DNA of 63,839 bases, counting the filler, from Atractiella rhizophila (lineage: Eukaryota): assembly GCA_021432655.1 (NCBI GenBank). It is 3 parts of 3 records of this genome, joined end to end, with 100 filler letters (N's around TTAATTAATTAA, not from the genome) between each part and the next. Parts side by side here need not be neighbours in the genome. Positions count along the whole stretch, not along the records: positions 1 to 31,041 come from MU271702.1; 2 more parts are not named here. One strand, written 5' to 3'. Made by a program: the position numbers and the translations under genes. This document shows, piece after piece, positions 1 to 12,030 of the stretch; position 1 is the first letter of the stretch; each line of letters opens with the position of its first letter. The notes under the pieces were generated by a model that was given only the letters and a program-made list of their open reading frames with translations, was not told the DNA's origin and made no database searches.

Positions 1-1257
1 CCTTTCATCCTTCTGAACTTGAACGTAGGCAGTGCATCCAATGATTCTGAATCTTGAGATGGTTGGAGTAAGTCCAGTGAGTTTCGTGTGGGGAATAGCG
101 TGGTTGATCGAAGCTGAAGGAGATCTGTTGCGAATGTGGACGACGGCTGAAGCGATAGTTGGCCAGAGAAAGAGCGGAAGTCCAGATTCTTCAAACATGG
201 CGACCATAGTCTCCTGAATCGTCCTGTTGGCTCGTTCTGCTCTGCCGTTCTGATGAGGAGAATTCCTGATAGTTTGTTCACGCTGGATACCACAGGCCTT
301 AAGATATTGATCAAATTCCTTGGAGGAATAAGCGCCTTCCTTGTCCTCTCTAAACTTCTTGATCTTCTTCCCAGTGACATTCTCTACCCAATTCTTGAAG
401 GTCTTGAAGAGTTCTGGGGCCTCTGATTTCTTCTTAAGGAAGGCAATTGTGCAATGATTTGTTGCTTCGTCGATGAAGGTGACCCAATATCGATACCCTT
501 CTCTGGAAGTGACTGGAAGAGGTCCATGTAGGTCTGAGCTGATTCTACCCAATATCTCCTTCTCCCTAGTTGTTGCTGACTTGTTGAAGACCCTATGCTG
601 CTTCCCAGCTAGGCATGGCTCACAAATAGGGTCTGGATCATCCTCTAGGTCTAAAATCATCCCATTCACAAGTTGCTTCCTCTTCAGACGCTTGATGTCC
701 TCATAATTCAGGTGTCCAAGTCTTCTGTGCCACAGAGAGGCATCCATAGGCAGTGTAGAAGCATTTCCAGCAAATTCTGGAGCAGGAAGGGTGTTCCCAT
801 CAAGTATCCCAGCCATGCTTCCATTCTTGTAGTCCACAGTGGCAGTAAGGCAGAGTTTTTGACCCTGGAAGAAGAGAACCTTGTTGTGTTTGATGGAGAC
901 CCTCATTCCCTTGTAGATGGTGAGCTTGAAGACTGATAGAAGGTTGTTCCAGAGCTTGGGGACATGTAGGACATCTGAGATGGTGATGGTGATGGTCTTC
1001 TTCTCCCCCAACTTGGCTTCAAAGATCAAGCTCCCAATCCCAGCACTCCAAATTACTTCTCCACTTGCTACCCTAATAGGAATAACTTTCTTCTGATAGG
1101 TTCTGAACCAATGACGATGGGGAGACATGTGGGAAGTTGCACCAGTGTCTGCTATCCACTCAAGACTTGCTTGAGGCATAATAACATCATTTGCTGCAGC
1201 AAGACTGTTCAGCCCAGCAAATTCCAACCCATTAAGAGCCATTTCCATCCCAAACAT
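1..1257 (-). mobile_element. Ty1/copia pol ORF (aspartic protease, GAG-pre-integrase zinc finger, integrase core); runs off the window start
   Basis: Manual translation from ATG 1257 is open through the integrase core: WIADTGATSHM (protease), LWHRRLGHLN...CEPCLAGKQ (HHCC), SDLHGP, FREDKEGAY, SPHQNGRAERANRTI (DDE). Protease followed by integrase is the copia order. Confidence 0.95.
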
Positions 1258-1854
1258 CCTCCTAGACCCTGTGGTTGAGTCCTAAGATCCCCTGATGTGA
1301 TGCAGAAAGGGTGATAGGGGCTGATGTGATGATGATGTGATGGTGGCAAATTTCGAAATTTTGAGTCTTCTGATCAAGGTGATCTGTTGTAGGATAGTAG
1401 AATAGCCTATTGTGAATCCAATGGTGATAAAATTGTCCAGATCAGACCAGATCTGACTTCAAAAAGTCGAAAAATGCGTTTTGGTGGTATGAAGGAGGTG
1501 ATGGAGTGGCTATCTCGAAATTTTCACTTATTGTGACCAAGATGGTTCCTAGTAAAGTTGTAGCGCAGTGTTTCACGATCAAAATAAGCCCTATAACGTC
1601 CAAATTCGTCAAAGTTTGAGTCCAGGGTGGCAAAGTGCGTTTTGAGGCAGGTGATGGGTGGTAAGGTGATAGATTTCGATTTTTCTTGATTCCCGAGTAG
1701 GCAGAAACCTTCCAAGGTGGTAAAGGAATGTTTGAGGATCACAAATCTGTTCTGATCATCGAAATTGAGCGAAATTTGAGTGTAGGAGGGTGAAAATTGT
1801 GGTCTGGAGGAGGGGGAAGGTGATAGGTGTGACCAAATGTAATCCTAGCAACCA

Positions 1855-1867
1855 GCTCTCGCTACCA
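1855..1867 (-). promoter_or_regulatory. Primer-binding site of the copia element (tRNA-iMet-like)
   Basis: The minus strand reads TGGTAGCGAGAGC directly after the LTR end ...CCTTACA. It resembles the Ty1 iMet PBS (TGGTAGCG). Confidence 0.8.
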
Positions 1868-2067
1868 TGTAAGGATCTAAGGCTAGGAGTGGTTGGTGGT
1901 CAATAATGAGCACATTAAAGAAGTATAGAGAGACATACCTAGGAGTGGTTGGTGGTCAATAATGAGCACCAACACTCCTAGGCAGAACTAAACTACATAG
2001 TGATGACTTGTATGAGTCATAAGAGTCATAAGAGGCAGATGACCAAAACAACACACTACAACTAACA
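1868..2067 (-). repeat. 5' LTR (5'-truncated) of the minus-strand copia element
   Basis: Ends ...CCTAGCCTTAGATCCTTACA on the minus strand, the same end as the LTR at 2695-2839. Contains a 31-bp internal direct duplication CTAGGAGTGGTTGGTGGTCAATAATGAGCAC (1883-1913 and 1939-1969). Confidence 0.75.
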
Positions 2068-2472
2068 AAGATAGGCAACGGAGCAGTCAGTTGGAGCAGC
2101 AAACTACAATCCCTCGTTGCCCTTTCTACTACAGAAGCAGAATATGTCTCAGGAGTCTCAGCAGGCCAAGAAGTTGTCTGGCTAAGGAATCTTCTAGAAG
2201 AAATTGGCTTCGCTCCTCAAGGTCCTACTCCCCTCTTCACAGATAGCAGCAGCGCTCTCCAGATATCCAAGAACCCTGAGCACCATGGTCGAATGAAACA
2301 CCTGAACCTTCGCTTTTATTGGCTCAGAGATGTTGTTGAGATTGGCAAGATCAGTCCAGTCTTCTGTCCGGGTGTCAATATGCCAGCAGACCTCCTTACG
2401 AAGGCACTTTCAGTTGCTAGCATGGATAAGGTTCGACTTATGATGGGTTTGCGCCCCTACCCAAGTGTTTGA
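2068..2472 (+). mobile_element. Ty1/copia RNase H domain (5'-truncated pol end)
   Basis: GNGAVSWSSKLQSLVALSTTEAEY...WLRNLLEEIG...KNPEHHGRMKHLNLRFYWLRD...MPADLLTKAL, stop at 2470-2472. Confidence 0.95.
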
Positions 2473-2694
2473 GACAGTTATGGGGTGAATAAAAATCCAT
2501 TCCTCCTCTGCGGGGTTATAAGACGCAGCTTTAAGTAGTATGAGGATCTCTCTGCTGGTTTTAGACAGTCAATATAATATGTTTTCTGTTGTCGTGCCAT
2601 TTCATGCTGTCTTCATTCGGTGAGAGTCTTATTGGAGAGTTATGTGGATGGTTATTGGATCTGGTGCGAGCTTCAAGAGGCGGCTGCCCGGGAG

Positions 2695-2839
2695 TGTTGG
2701 ATGAGGTGTTATATTTCATGACGTTGTGTTTGTGTGGTCAGCCACCTTTGTTGTGTCTAATTACTTCGTAGTAGTTTGCAGTTTAGGAGGTCATCACCTT
2801 TGACCACCAACTCCTGTCCCCTAGCCTTAGATCCTTACA
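2695..2839 (+). repeat. 3' LTR of the plus-strand copia fragment
   Basis: TGTTGG...CCTTACA (TG..CA), preceded by a degenerate PPT-like stretch ending GGGAG, downstream of the RNase H. Its 3' 20 bp match the other LTR. Confidence 0.8.
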
Positions 2840-5800
2840 CCATTGTCCTCCACTGCTCTGAAATGCCTACTCCACAAGATTAGTGACAGAAGGTGCTGCC
2901 TCTGAGTTCTTTGTCAGCTTGGATTGAGCAAATGCTGGTTTGACCAACTTGAGGGCTTGAAGGCTGGTTCTAAATGCCTGCACAACCAAGGGATGGGTGA
3001 AGGACTAGATAGATCTTCCTTCAATCTACTGATGGTATAGTCATCTGAGAGCAATTTGGTGAAGTCCAGAAGAACCTGGTCACATCTGGCACACAAGTTT
3101 AAAGGGCACTGGGATTGGTGTAAAGGAGGTGACGATCACGTCTGCTGATGGCTTGAATTGACCAGATCCTGACAAGATTGTATGATAGAGAGCACATGTG
3201 TGTTTTGACTTTGTTCCGGGCAGAGAAACAGCATCTTAGCCTGTTTGAGCTATGGTTTCCCTGCTGCCTTCCATCCTTCACATCTGAGGGTTTCCTCTCT
3301 TCCAGAGACAATGCCCCACATCACTTTTCTTATTAATTGGACTGTGTCAAGTCCGTAGCCCATGTATCTTCCTAACTTGCAGACGTCTTGTTAGCCTCTA
3401 AACTTAATCTCATCCTAACCTTGAAGCCTTGTATAGTAGCTCTGTCCAAAACTGGGCAGTTCAGAGAGGAAAAGTCTACCTGACATTAATACATGGTCAT
3501 TGTATTGTGCAAGTGCAGCAGCACTTGTATAGAGAAAAGAAGCTGACTTTTTTACAACAAGGTTGTATTCCAGCCAGGCTGGCTTGATCAAATGAGAAGC
3601 TTAGATCAGATCTGGCTGGAATTTACAATATAAAAGAGGCGAATTTTCAAATTACCGGTTTGCAGGAGGTTTTCAAGAGACTATGTTCACAATCATTCAC
3701 TTCACTCTTGATGTCTTTCTTGACAGGTCCTTCTGGACATTTCCTTGGTGAAACGGCTGCTGATCTGAAGAAGCCCATCAGCCTGACTCTGTGAAGTCTC
3801 TCATCAAAAATCTCAACACTCACTTTCCTACTGACCACCCACCTTACACAAACAGAGCAAACAATAGTGGTACATTCGCATGCTCCTGGACATTCCGAAA
3901 GATGGAATATTTGAAGATAGCAATGTCGTTGATGATCTCCCAACGACATTGCTGACGCGATGATCGCACTTATGTTCTTAGTGGCCTAGGATTGAATCCA
4001 TCTTCATTTCAGGTCTCAAGTAGGGCCAATTTGAGACCTCATAGATTACCAAGTGTTCGTTTGGAGATGGGTCAGTTGGAGTATCGGTCGTGCTTTTGTG
4101 TCAGTTCGTCCAGATAGAAGAAGCCTTGGAAGCGTGGCTTCTGGTCCATCCTCATGCGTCGGTTGCTGAACTGACGGAAAGGTTTTGTGTATAATTTAGA
4201 CCCCAGGAACGAACCAATTCTGACATCCTCCACATCCTCCACCTCCTGCTGATGATGGGAATAAGGAAGGAACTGAAGGTGAGTTCGACGATGTCGACAC
4301 TTCTGTCCCCTGACGCGATTGTTCGGGAGTAGCACAATGACAACGCAATAATTGCGATCCGAAGTCCGCGCAGCCTGGAGTAGATGACCCAACATTGTGA
4401 GCTACACCGTAAATACTTCAGTTAGAACTAATAGCCATTCACATCAGAACAAAGACTAACCGAAAGTGATTGAAATGAGATGGTGTTGCCTAATTTTTTC
4501 AATGCCTCAATTCGATCATGTTGGTGCGACAAGGTGCCAACATGTTGTTTCCTTCTCGCATTTGGGTTTATTACTGGGCGAGAGAATACGGAATACCTAT
4601 AATCTTTTAGCGGGTGGGAAAATTTTCATGGCTGGGACGGGAAATCTATACTTGTGATAAAAGTCCTGGGCTGCAATATGTCCTTGCAGGTGGACACGTC
4701 TCCCACTATTATTCCTGGCTTCTAGAACAGCTTTGGCCGGATCAGTGTCAGCGGTATCGACGGTGCTAATCCCATTTACCCACAATTTGTCTGGTCTATG
4801 GATGGAAGAAGAGCACTGATGTCCATCATGATTTTGAACCAACAGTTTTCCGTGTTATGTTTCGTGGCGTTTAACAGGTCGCCGTATGAGAGGTAGGGAA
4901 GAGGATTAGGACACAGAGATGGCATCGGTCAATGACTGCGCAAAACGCCAATCATTTCAAGCAGAAGCGCGGCGTTTTGACACGTCCCGTTGATAAGAGT
5001 TGGAAAGGTGGTGGTGCAGGACGAACTGGTGGATGAAACAGGAGACGGACCACCAAGATCCACGGGTATGCATTCCGAATTGGTTACCACTCAATTGTGA
5101 TCCTCCACCGCGATTCACATGACCGTTCCTTCGAGGCAAATCCAGGGTGGTTGGAGAAAAGTGGTCCGCAAATCAATCTCGAACCTCTCGAGAATATCTA
5201 ACAAGATCTCACCATGGCTGGTATTCTAACGGAATACACTGTACGACCTATCGGCTCAACGCGCACAATGAAACAAGGAAGGCGCACTTTTTCAACAACG
5301 TCTCCACTAAACTTCTGTGCAGATAGAGCGCAAACGTTCTCTCTAGAAATGGAGAATGATAGCCCAAGTGAAGTGGGCCGGCCGATCTAAACGGCGAAAT
5401 TGCCTTTTGGGTCAGTGCCGCACCCAAGTCCAAGTCCTTCTGTGGTAGGGTGCAACGACCGAAGGATTTTGTGCTGGCGTGAACAAGTCGTCGCGATTCT
5501 GTTGCACCAACGATGCGTTGCTAAAGGACACAGCAACTGTGCGATCGGCGGCGAGTTCAATGCCGTTGGCACCTGCGGCATTATAGGTGAGATGAGAAAA
5601 GCCGATTCAGTAAGTGATAACCAACAGACGACAATGCGCACACCTGGTTGTTTTCCAGAGGGAGGTGATTGACGCACTTCTCGATGACATGATTTCGGGG
5701 CAAGTCTCTCGAATCAAAGTGGTCATTTCAAGGTAAGGGCGGGGCGACCGAGCTCTGAACCTGGCATGGGGTGGAAATGTGATCTGCGACGGATGTATGG

Positions 5801-7560
5801 ATGGTTCACCTGGCAAAATTCGGGCAAAGCGTCTCATCTCGCTGCTCGTCGGAAGAAACTCGAACACTCTTGGGGGACATAATTGTCGACTATTCCAGTG
5901 TGGTCGAGATAAGATCCTGAGTAGAGCACAGCAGACAGCCACTCGTCATCAATTCGCTAAAATACGGGAAGATTTCCTTGGACGTCATATTGCTCTGCTT
6001 CCTCAAACCTCTTCTGGATGTTTGAAGGTACTCGCATATCGCATACATGCTGGCTCCAAATCTTCCAGCCTCAGGGTAGCGAATTGATATGTTCCCATCT
6101 CGCTTCGTTGTCTCTTCCTCTCCCGCCGATCCCCTTCCACTCAGCCACGGGTGAAGTCAAATTTGACAACCTCCGACGTCCTGGTACCAATACAAGCGTC
6201 ACGGCGGTCATCGATCGAATGGCAGCACGGAGATGACCTATTTGAGCCTAAGGTCCGAACCGAGCACTCCGGCTGCTTCTCAGCGATTGATATCTCTCTT
6301 GGTAGTAGGAGAAGAAGTGACAGTGTCTCGAGACGGGAGCGCAAGGATGAACACTTTCCAGTGGCGGCCCATCCGTGAATCATTCAGGTCTACGGCCTAA
6401 GCCAGGTGTCAAATCCAATGCGGCCGAAGCATTGGAGCTAACCGCACAGGTGCGCCAACAACGCTTATGTTGAGGAAGCTATCCTTGCGGACCACGATGC
6501 GGATCTTACCATTGTATTCATTTGATTTTAGACTCTTTCCACTGTAGCTGGCTGAAATACCCCAAGTCAGTAGTTCAATGTCAGCTTGGTGCACGAACAA
6601 ACTGTAGTGCTTTCAATCGGTCATCATCAAAAAGGAATGAGTTGGAAGGTCGTTCTCCGCTCCTCAAACTTGGCTAGGTTTTCTAAGGTAGGTTTACACC
6701 CTCCGGTGGAGTCTTCATCACCAACACGTCGAGAAGGGTCAAAGGAACGCACTGATTCGTTTCTTCGATACACCTCATGACTTCTCCCCTCTCATCTCGC
6801 CGGCCTAATCTGGTTCCTGGCGAGCTTGTCGAAGCCGCACGGTCTTCAGGCCTATCAAAATCGTAGAGGGTTTCGGTATTGTTTTTCTATTTGGAGAACT
6901 GCTTGCTGGATGTGTGTATGTTTCAGCCTGTGTACATCAAGATCAGCGAGAACCGAGATGTTGAAGGAAGATGATGGATCACGGATGCTGCCTTCGTGCG
7001 GGACCCAAATGATTGCTCATGCCGCGAGGGAATCTTTGAAGAACCGTACAGTATTACAAAGCTTTCATTGACTGATTTCAGGACAAGGAACCGGAAGGGA
7101 TTGGTATCATTAAGCGAACACGAAACTTTCCGCCGAATGTGAAGCAGAGGCCACTCTGGAGAGTCGACCAATTGAATTTGGGCCGTGGAGGACAATTGGA
7201 CTGACGATGGTCTTTGGTTCCGGAGGCAGCTAGACGCAAAGCTAATGACGTGCAGAACATCCCTGGGGACACTCTAAGCAAAAAATTTGTTATGGATGAA
7301 CGAACAGAGACGGAAGCCGAACTGTCAAATATCTCGCAGGTTACCCACCACGGCTCCCACCACATCAAGCATGGAAATTGAATTCCGGCGGGCTGTACTG
7401 ATGAAGGACGCAGAGACGTTGGATATGTTCGCGCTCGCCGTGCTGGCAAGGCTGGCAAGGAAGGTGTGGTGAAGTCCTGGAAGGGATCGAATGTAAGCTT
7501 GGTGAACGTGAGGTTATCCTTGGTGGTTGGGAAAGTCTGTAAGTGATTATATGAACACCA

Positions 7561-7766
7561 TACGCTGGATCAAACTGTCATTCCTGATGAGTACGCTGGA
7601 TCAAACGGTCAATCCTCATGCATACGCTGGATCAAAATCGTCATTTTATGCGTACGCTAGATCAAACTGTCATTCCTGATGAGTACGCTGGATCAAACTG
7701 TCATTCTTAATACGTACGCTGGATCAAACTGTCATTCCTCATGCATACGCTGGATCAAACTGTCAT
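7561..7766 (+). repeat. Tandem array 1 of the TACGCTGGATCAAAC core (7 units, 30-31 bp period)
   Basis: Units read directly, e.g. tacgctggatcaaactgtcattcctgatgag and tacgctggatcaaacggtcaatcctcatgca. Confidence 0.95.
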
Positions 7767-8114
7767 ACCTCCTGCTGGCTCAAAAGGATAATTTTATTCG
7801 GCATCTTGTGGGTTGGTGCGGCAGGATAAGGATACGCAGTGCCAGAAGGTCCTTACGGCAATGGGATGAAATCGGAAATAGCTCTTGCTCTGCACATGCA
7901 GATTATTACAGCCATCGTTGGCCACCGTCCCTTTGCAAAGTCGTCGTCAAATTCTGAGACCGTGTCCAATTCGGAACCCCATGGCTCGACAGCAAATCTT
8001 CGGATAAGTTCAAAGTCTCGCCTCATTCAACAGGGGGACTAGCAACGTTCTACTTCCGAGCTCTTAAAGCGCGGGCAGGCACTTTGCGTCGTTGCCCGCA
8101 CGAATCCATCACTC

Positions 8115-8459
8115 AGTCATTCCAATAATTAACCCTAAAGGACACACCTGCTGCTGAGAGTGTGTGCCAAAGGTTCCTCTTCATTCTCTTCTCACATCGA
8201 TATAAACTTGTTTGGCCGCCAGAACATGGGGCATCGATACCTTTGCGAAGGACCAACCCAGGGTAGATTGGTCCGACAGACCTTTAGGCCCACGAGCGTC
8301 ACTGCGACCAGTGACGGAGAAATATTGTCAAGGTGGGAAGACAATGAAATGTTTCTTCGGAAAACCGATTTATCTCGGTTATGTTGAATAGTGAGTTTTG
8401 GAGGATAAAGTAAGCTAGCTCTTGCAGAGGCAGAGGCACACCGTTTGGAGGAAAACAGG
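8115..8459 (+). repeat. 345-bp segment duplicated at 11582-11926
   Basis: Sequences look identical by eye, and the ORF track gives identical 75-aa peptides at 8160-8387 and 11627-11854. Confidence 0.9.
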
Positions 8460-10993
8460 CACGGAATGGCGACTGTCATGCGGAAACCGAGAGCTACAGC
8501 TTCTAATGTCCAGAAAACAATAATGCAGTCGCTTCCCACAGCGTTGCAAGTCTCATCACTCCATTGATTTCCAAACTCTCATTTCTGAATAGGGAGTGAC
8601 TGCGAATATAGGAGTCGGTCGGCTATAGGCAACAAACTTGAATAGAAGCTCCTGATTGAAGGTAGGCTATATACTCCCCCAACATCTCGTCATTGACAAG
8701 GGCTAAAGAGTGTAGGCCAGGAAAGATGTGTTGTCGTCATCACTGGTGCAATGATTTGCGGAAGCTGGAGTGAAGTATTTTTCCCATAGTCTCTGAGAAA
8801 TCAAGGTCTTAAACCCCCCCAAATTTGCCGATAACGGGAAAATCCCTTCCCGATAAATGGCTACCCTAAGGGTGTAGCCACACATCAGTTTCCATCTGGC
8901 TCTCCAATAATTGATTATCGGTTTATCGCCTCCGTATATACAATCGCTGCAGGGGTTAGAACCGTCTGCTCAGCAACTCGGTCATGGCTGACGAGGTATG
9001 TGTGGATCAAACGATCTGTCCCTGATTCCGAGGGTAAAAGCAGGTCCCGAAGAAGAAAGAAGATGTGGCTGCACTGGCACAAGAGGTGATGAACGATTTC
9101 AAACTGACAGAAGTGGAGAAATCAACTATGCAACAAATCAATGAGGTGAGTTGCTGCCATGGTTCCCTAGATCTACTATCGATCTCTCACTTTTCGTTGT
9201 GAATCAACAAGGCAATAAAACGGCGCCTCACTATGAAATATGGGCCTACCTGGAACGTCTTGATGGGAGATAATTTTGAAAATGTTGGTGGTATTCTGGC
9301 AGTTGGTGCGTGTACACTCAAGGGCAAGGGGCAAAGTCCACTCATCGAAGGTTTGGGTTGCAGTACCTGGTAGCCTTTTTCTTATCCCGATTGGGAAAAA
9401 AATGTTGGTACGACGTCCCACTGACCTTTGTTTTATCTGACATCGACTGCGGGCATTTAGCTTGTGTATAAAATTTGATCGACATGCGCGTCATTCTGTT
9501 TAAACAGATGTAATTGGCCCCACTACACTGAGTAATGTTACCTTTGTACACACAAATAGTGTTGTTGCGCCATAGAAGATTCACAAAACAGGTCCAATGG
9601 TTGTTTCGACAGAGTGATCCGCTTATATCGTTATTCACATATTGAAGCTCCGATAATCTGCAAAAACAAAACGACCCTAGTGTAAAGGAGGGATCCTACT
9701 AAGTTATATTCTAGTCTGTAAGGTCAATCATTACTATTTCTTCTACGCTTTGCACAGTTATTCTAGGAAGGGAGCAAGCAATGAACGTGGTCGCTATACC
9801 TACTCTACTGGTGCTAATAAGCTTTCTGACATCATCTCATGAACTGCCTTCATTGACTAAAATTGAAGGCTGCTTATTATAATTACTGACAATCGCTGCA
9901 ATTTATGATTCTCCCGTCCAGGGGCGACAAAACGAAGCCAAGCTTCTTGATACATATGGACGCCAATTCAGCCGTCCCTCCTTCAGAGTATGACACACGG
10001 CACGTTGGGGGACCTGTCAGCCGCCTTGACAAAAGTGCGAGCCGTACCGTCATTTCAATTAGTGCCGTTTGGTGCTCATCGTCAACTTCATCCCGGCCAC
10101 TTGCCGCGTGGCAAATCCCCGTCGTTGTGCGTGCAGTGGCAGATAGAGACCGCATTACGTGCACGTAGCTAAGGATTTCCTGGTAATAGTCAGGTATGAG
10201 AACACACATCCTGGGGAGCACATTAGAACGTAGGAATTCGTCTGAAAGACAGGTCAAAAGGTGGTTTTTGGATTCGTTGAATGTTGAGCCATGACCAAAC
10301 GCCAGCCTGCGCCTCTTTGCCACGCAGAAGTTGGCCGGCATGAAGTTTACGACGACCAGCAAACGACAATAATTTCGCAAACGACTGTATCCAGGGCTCA
10401 TCCCGTCCATACTTGGGCAGGAGTACTCACATTCAGTGTCAGATATCTTAGCGAAGAGCTTCACCAAAATATGGGATGGCTGTCATGCGGTCCGGTCATT
10501 CCGATGTCATCGCATAAACTTGCGGACACAAATTATATGTTGTTACAATCTTTGGCATTCCTTTGAGCACAGATAGGGTAAGACTGAACCCAGAAAGTGA
10601 AAAGACCCGGCGGACAAAAGTGTAAGATTTGGAACGGTTGTCGAACGCGGCTCCCTTTAGGTGACCGTCTTCCTTTTTGCCTCCCTCCCTTATATCGTGT
10701 GATGCAATGGAGCCAGAATCCACAGGCATAAAGAACAGGTGAGCATTCTTTTAGCAAAAATTGGTGGAAAAATTGAGTCAAGCGGACTTCCTTTATATAA
10801 TCTCGCAAATTCGCACTAAAAAATATGTCTGCGCATACTATGAGAAAAGCATACGTTAGTAAAAATCTCTTTAACTTTTCATCAATATCTTAAGAGATTG
10901 CAACCAAACTTAGGTGAGGAGATCTCGAATCCAAAATTCGGGACTTTGATGTATGGTGTTAAGGATAATAAGGAAATCAGATTTTTTTGAGCT

Positions 10994-11539
10994 TTAACGA
11001 GGCTCGATCGTAAAGGGATCGCGTGATACATTATTTTCTCCTTCTCCTCCCTTCTTTCCTGAAGATACAACTGGCTCTGGCTGGATAAGGAATAGTTCAT
11101 CGATCCATCTAGTAGCAGGGTTGGAGACAAGGTCTGGATCCGTAGAAGCAGGGACGACTGGGTGGTGAGAGTTGCTTGCGGCTGATGCTTGAGCAACGAG
11201 CCGTTGTAAATCGAGTGCCCCTCCTATCGAGTCAGATGGTGGGTTGGAAGATACAGCTGACTCTGGCTGGATAAAGAATAGTTCATCGACCCATCTAGTA
11301 GCAGGGTTGGAGAAAAGGTCTGAATCTGGCCTAGCGGACACAGAAGCAGGGACAACTGGGTGGTGAGAGTTGCTTGCGGCTGATGCTTGAGCAACGAGCC
11401 GTTGTAAATCGAGTGCCCCTCCTATCGAGTCAGATGGCGGGTTGGAAGATGCAGTTGACTCTGGCTGGATAAAGAATAGTTCATCAACCCATCTTGTGGC
11501 GGGGTTGGGGAAAGGCTCTGAACCCGGCCGAGCGGACAC
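10994..11539 (-). CDS. Hypothetical low-complexity ORF built from a 198-bp (66-aa) tandem repeat; probably the 5' part of a decayed multi-exon gene extending towards ~9200
   Basis: NPATRWVDELFFIQPE occurs three times with variation. The DNA period is 198 bp (11144 vs 11342). An intron-like tactaac...catag acceptor lies near 10840-10860, followed by further ORF fragments (10533-10808, 9883-10467). Confidence 0.45.
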   Translation of the reverse strand: MSARPGSEPFPNPATRWVDELFFIQPESTASSNPPSDSIGGALDLQRLVAQASAASNSHHPVVPASVSARPDSDLFSNPATRWVDELFFIQPESAVSSNPPSDSIGGALDLQRLVAQASAASNSHHPVVPASTDPDLVSNPATRWIDELFLIQPEPVVSSGKKGGEGENNVSRDPFTIEPR

Positions 11540-11926
11540 GGAAGGTCGAGAGTCGCTTGCGGCTGGCGCTTAAAAAAAAAAAGTCATTCCAATAATTAAC
11601 CCTAAAGGACACACCTGCTGCTGAGAGTGTGTGCCAAAGGTTCCTCTTCATTCTCTTCTCACATCGATATAAACTTGTTTGGCCGCCAGAACATGGGGCA
11701 TCGATACCTTTGCGAAGGACCAACCCAGGGTAGATTGGTCCGACAGACCTTTAGGCCCACGAGCGTCACTGCGACCAGTGACGGAGAAATATTGTCAAGG
11801 TGGGAAGACAATGAAATGTTTCTTCGGAAAACCGATTTATCTCGGTTATGTTGAATAGTGAGTTTTGGAGGATAAAGTAAGCTAGCTCTTGCAGAGGCAG
11901 AGGCACACCGTTTGGAGGAAAACAGG

Positions 11927-12030
11927 TAGATCAAACGGTCATTCCTCATGCATACGCTGGATCAAAATAGTCATTTTATGCGTACGCTGGATCAAACTGT
12001 CATTCCTGATGAGTACGCTGAATCAAACTG
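11927..12030 (+). repeat. Tandem array 2 of the CGCTGGATCAAA core (~4 units)
   Basis: Near-identical to units 2-4 of array 1; directly abuts the 345-bp duplicate. Confidence 0.9.

Noticed and set aside
2840..7500. Many short ORFs suggesting decayed genes
   Set aside because: No recognisable domain in the frames I read, so left unannotated.
9342..9638. NNHWTCFVNLLWRNNTICVY resembling a Ulp1/C48 protease HW motif
   Set aside because: No catalytic Asp or Q-x-x-x-x-x-C-G motif was found downstream; too weak without a profile search.
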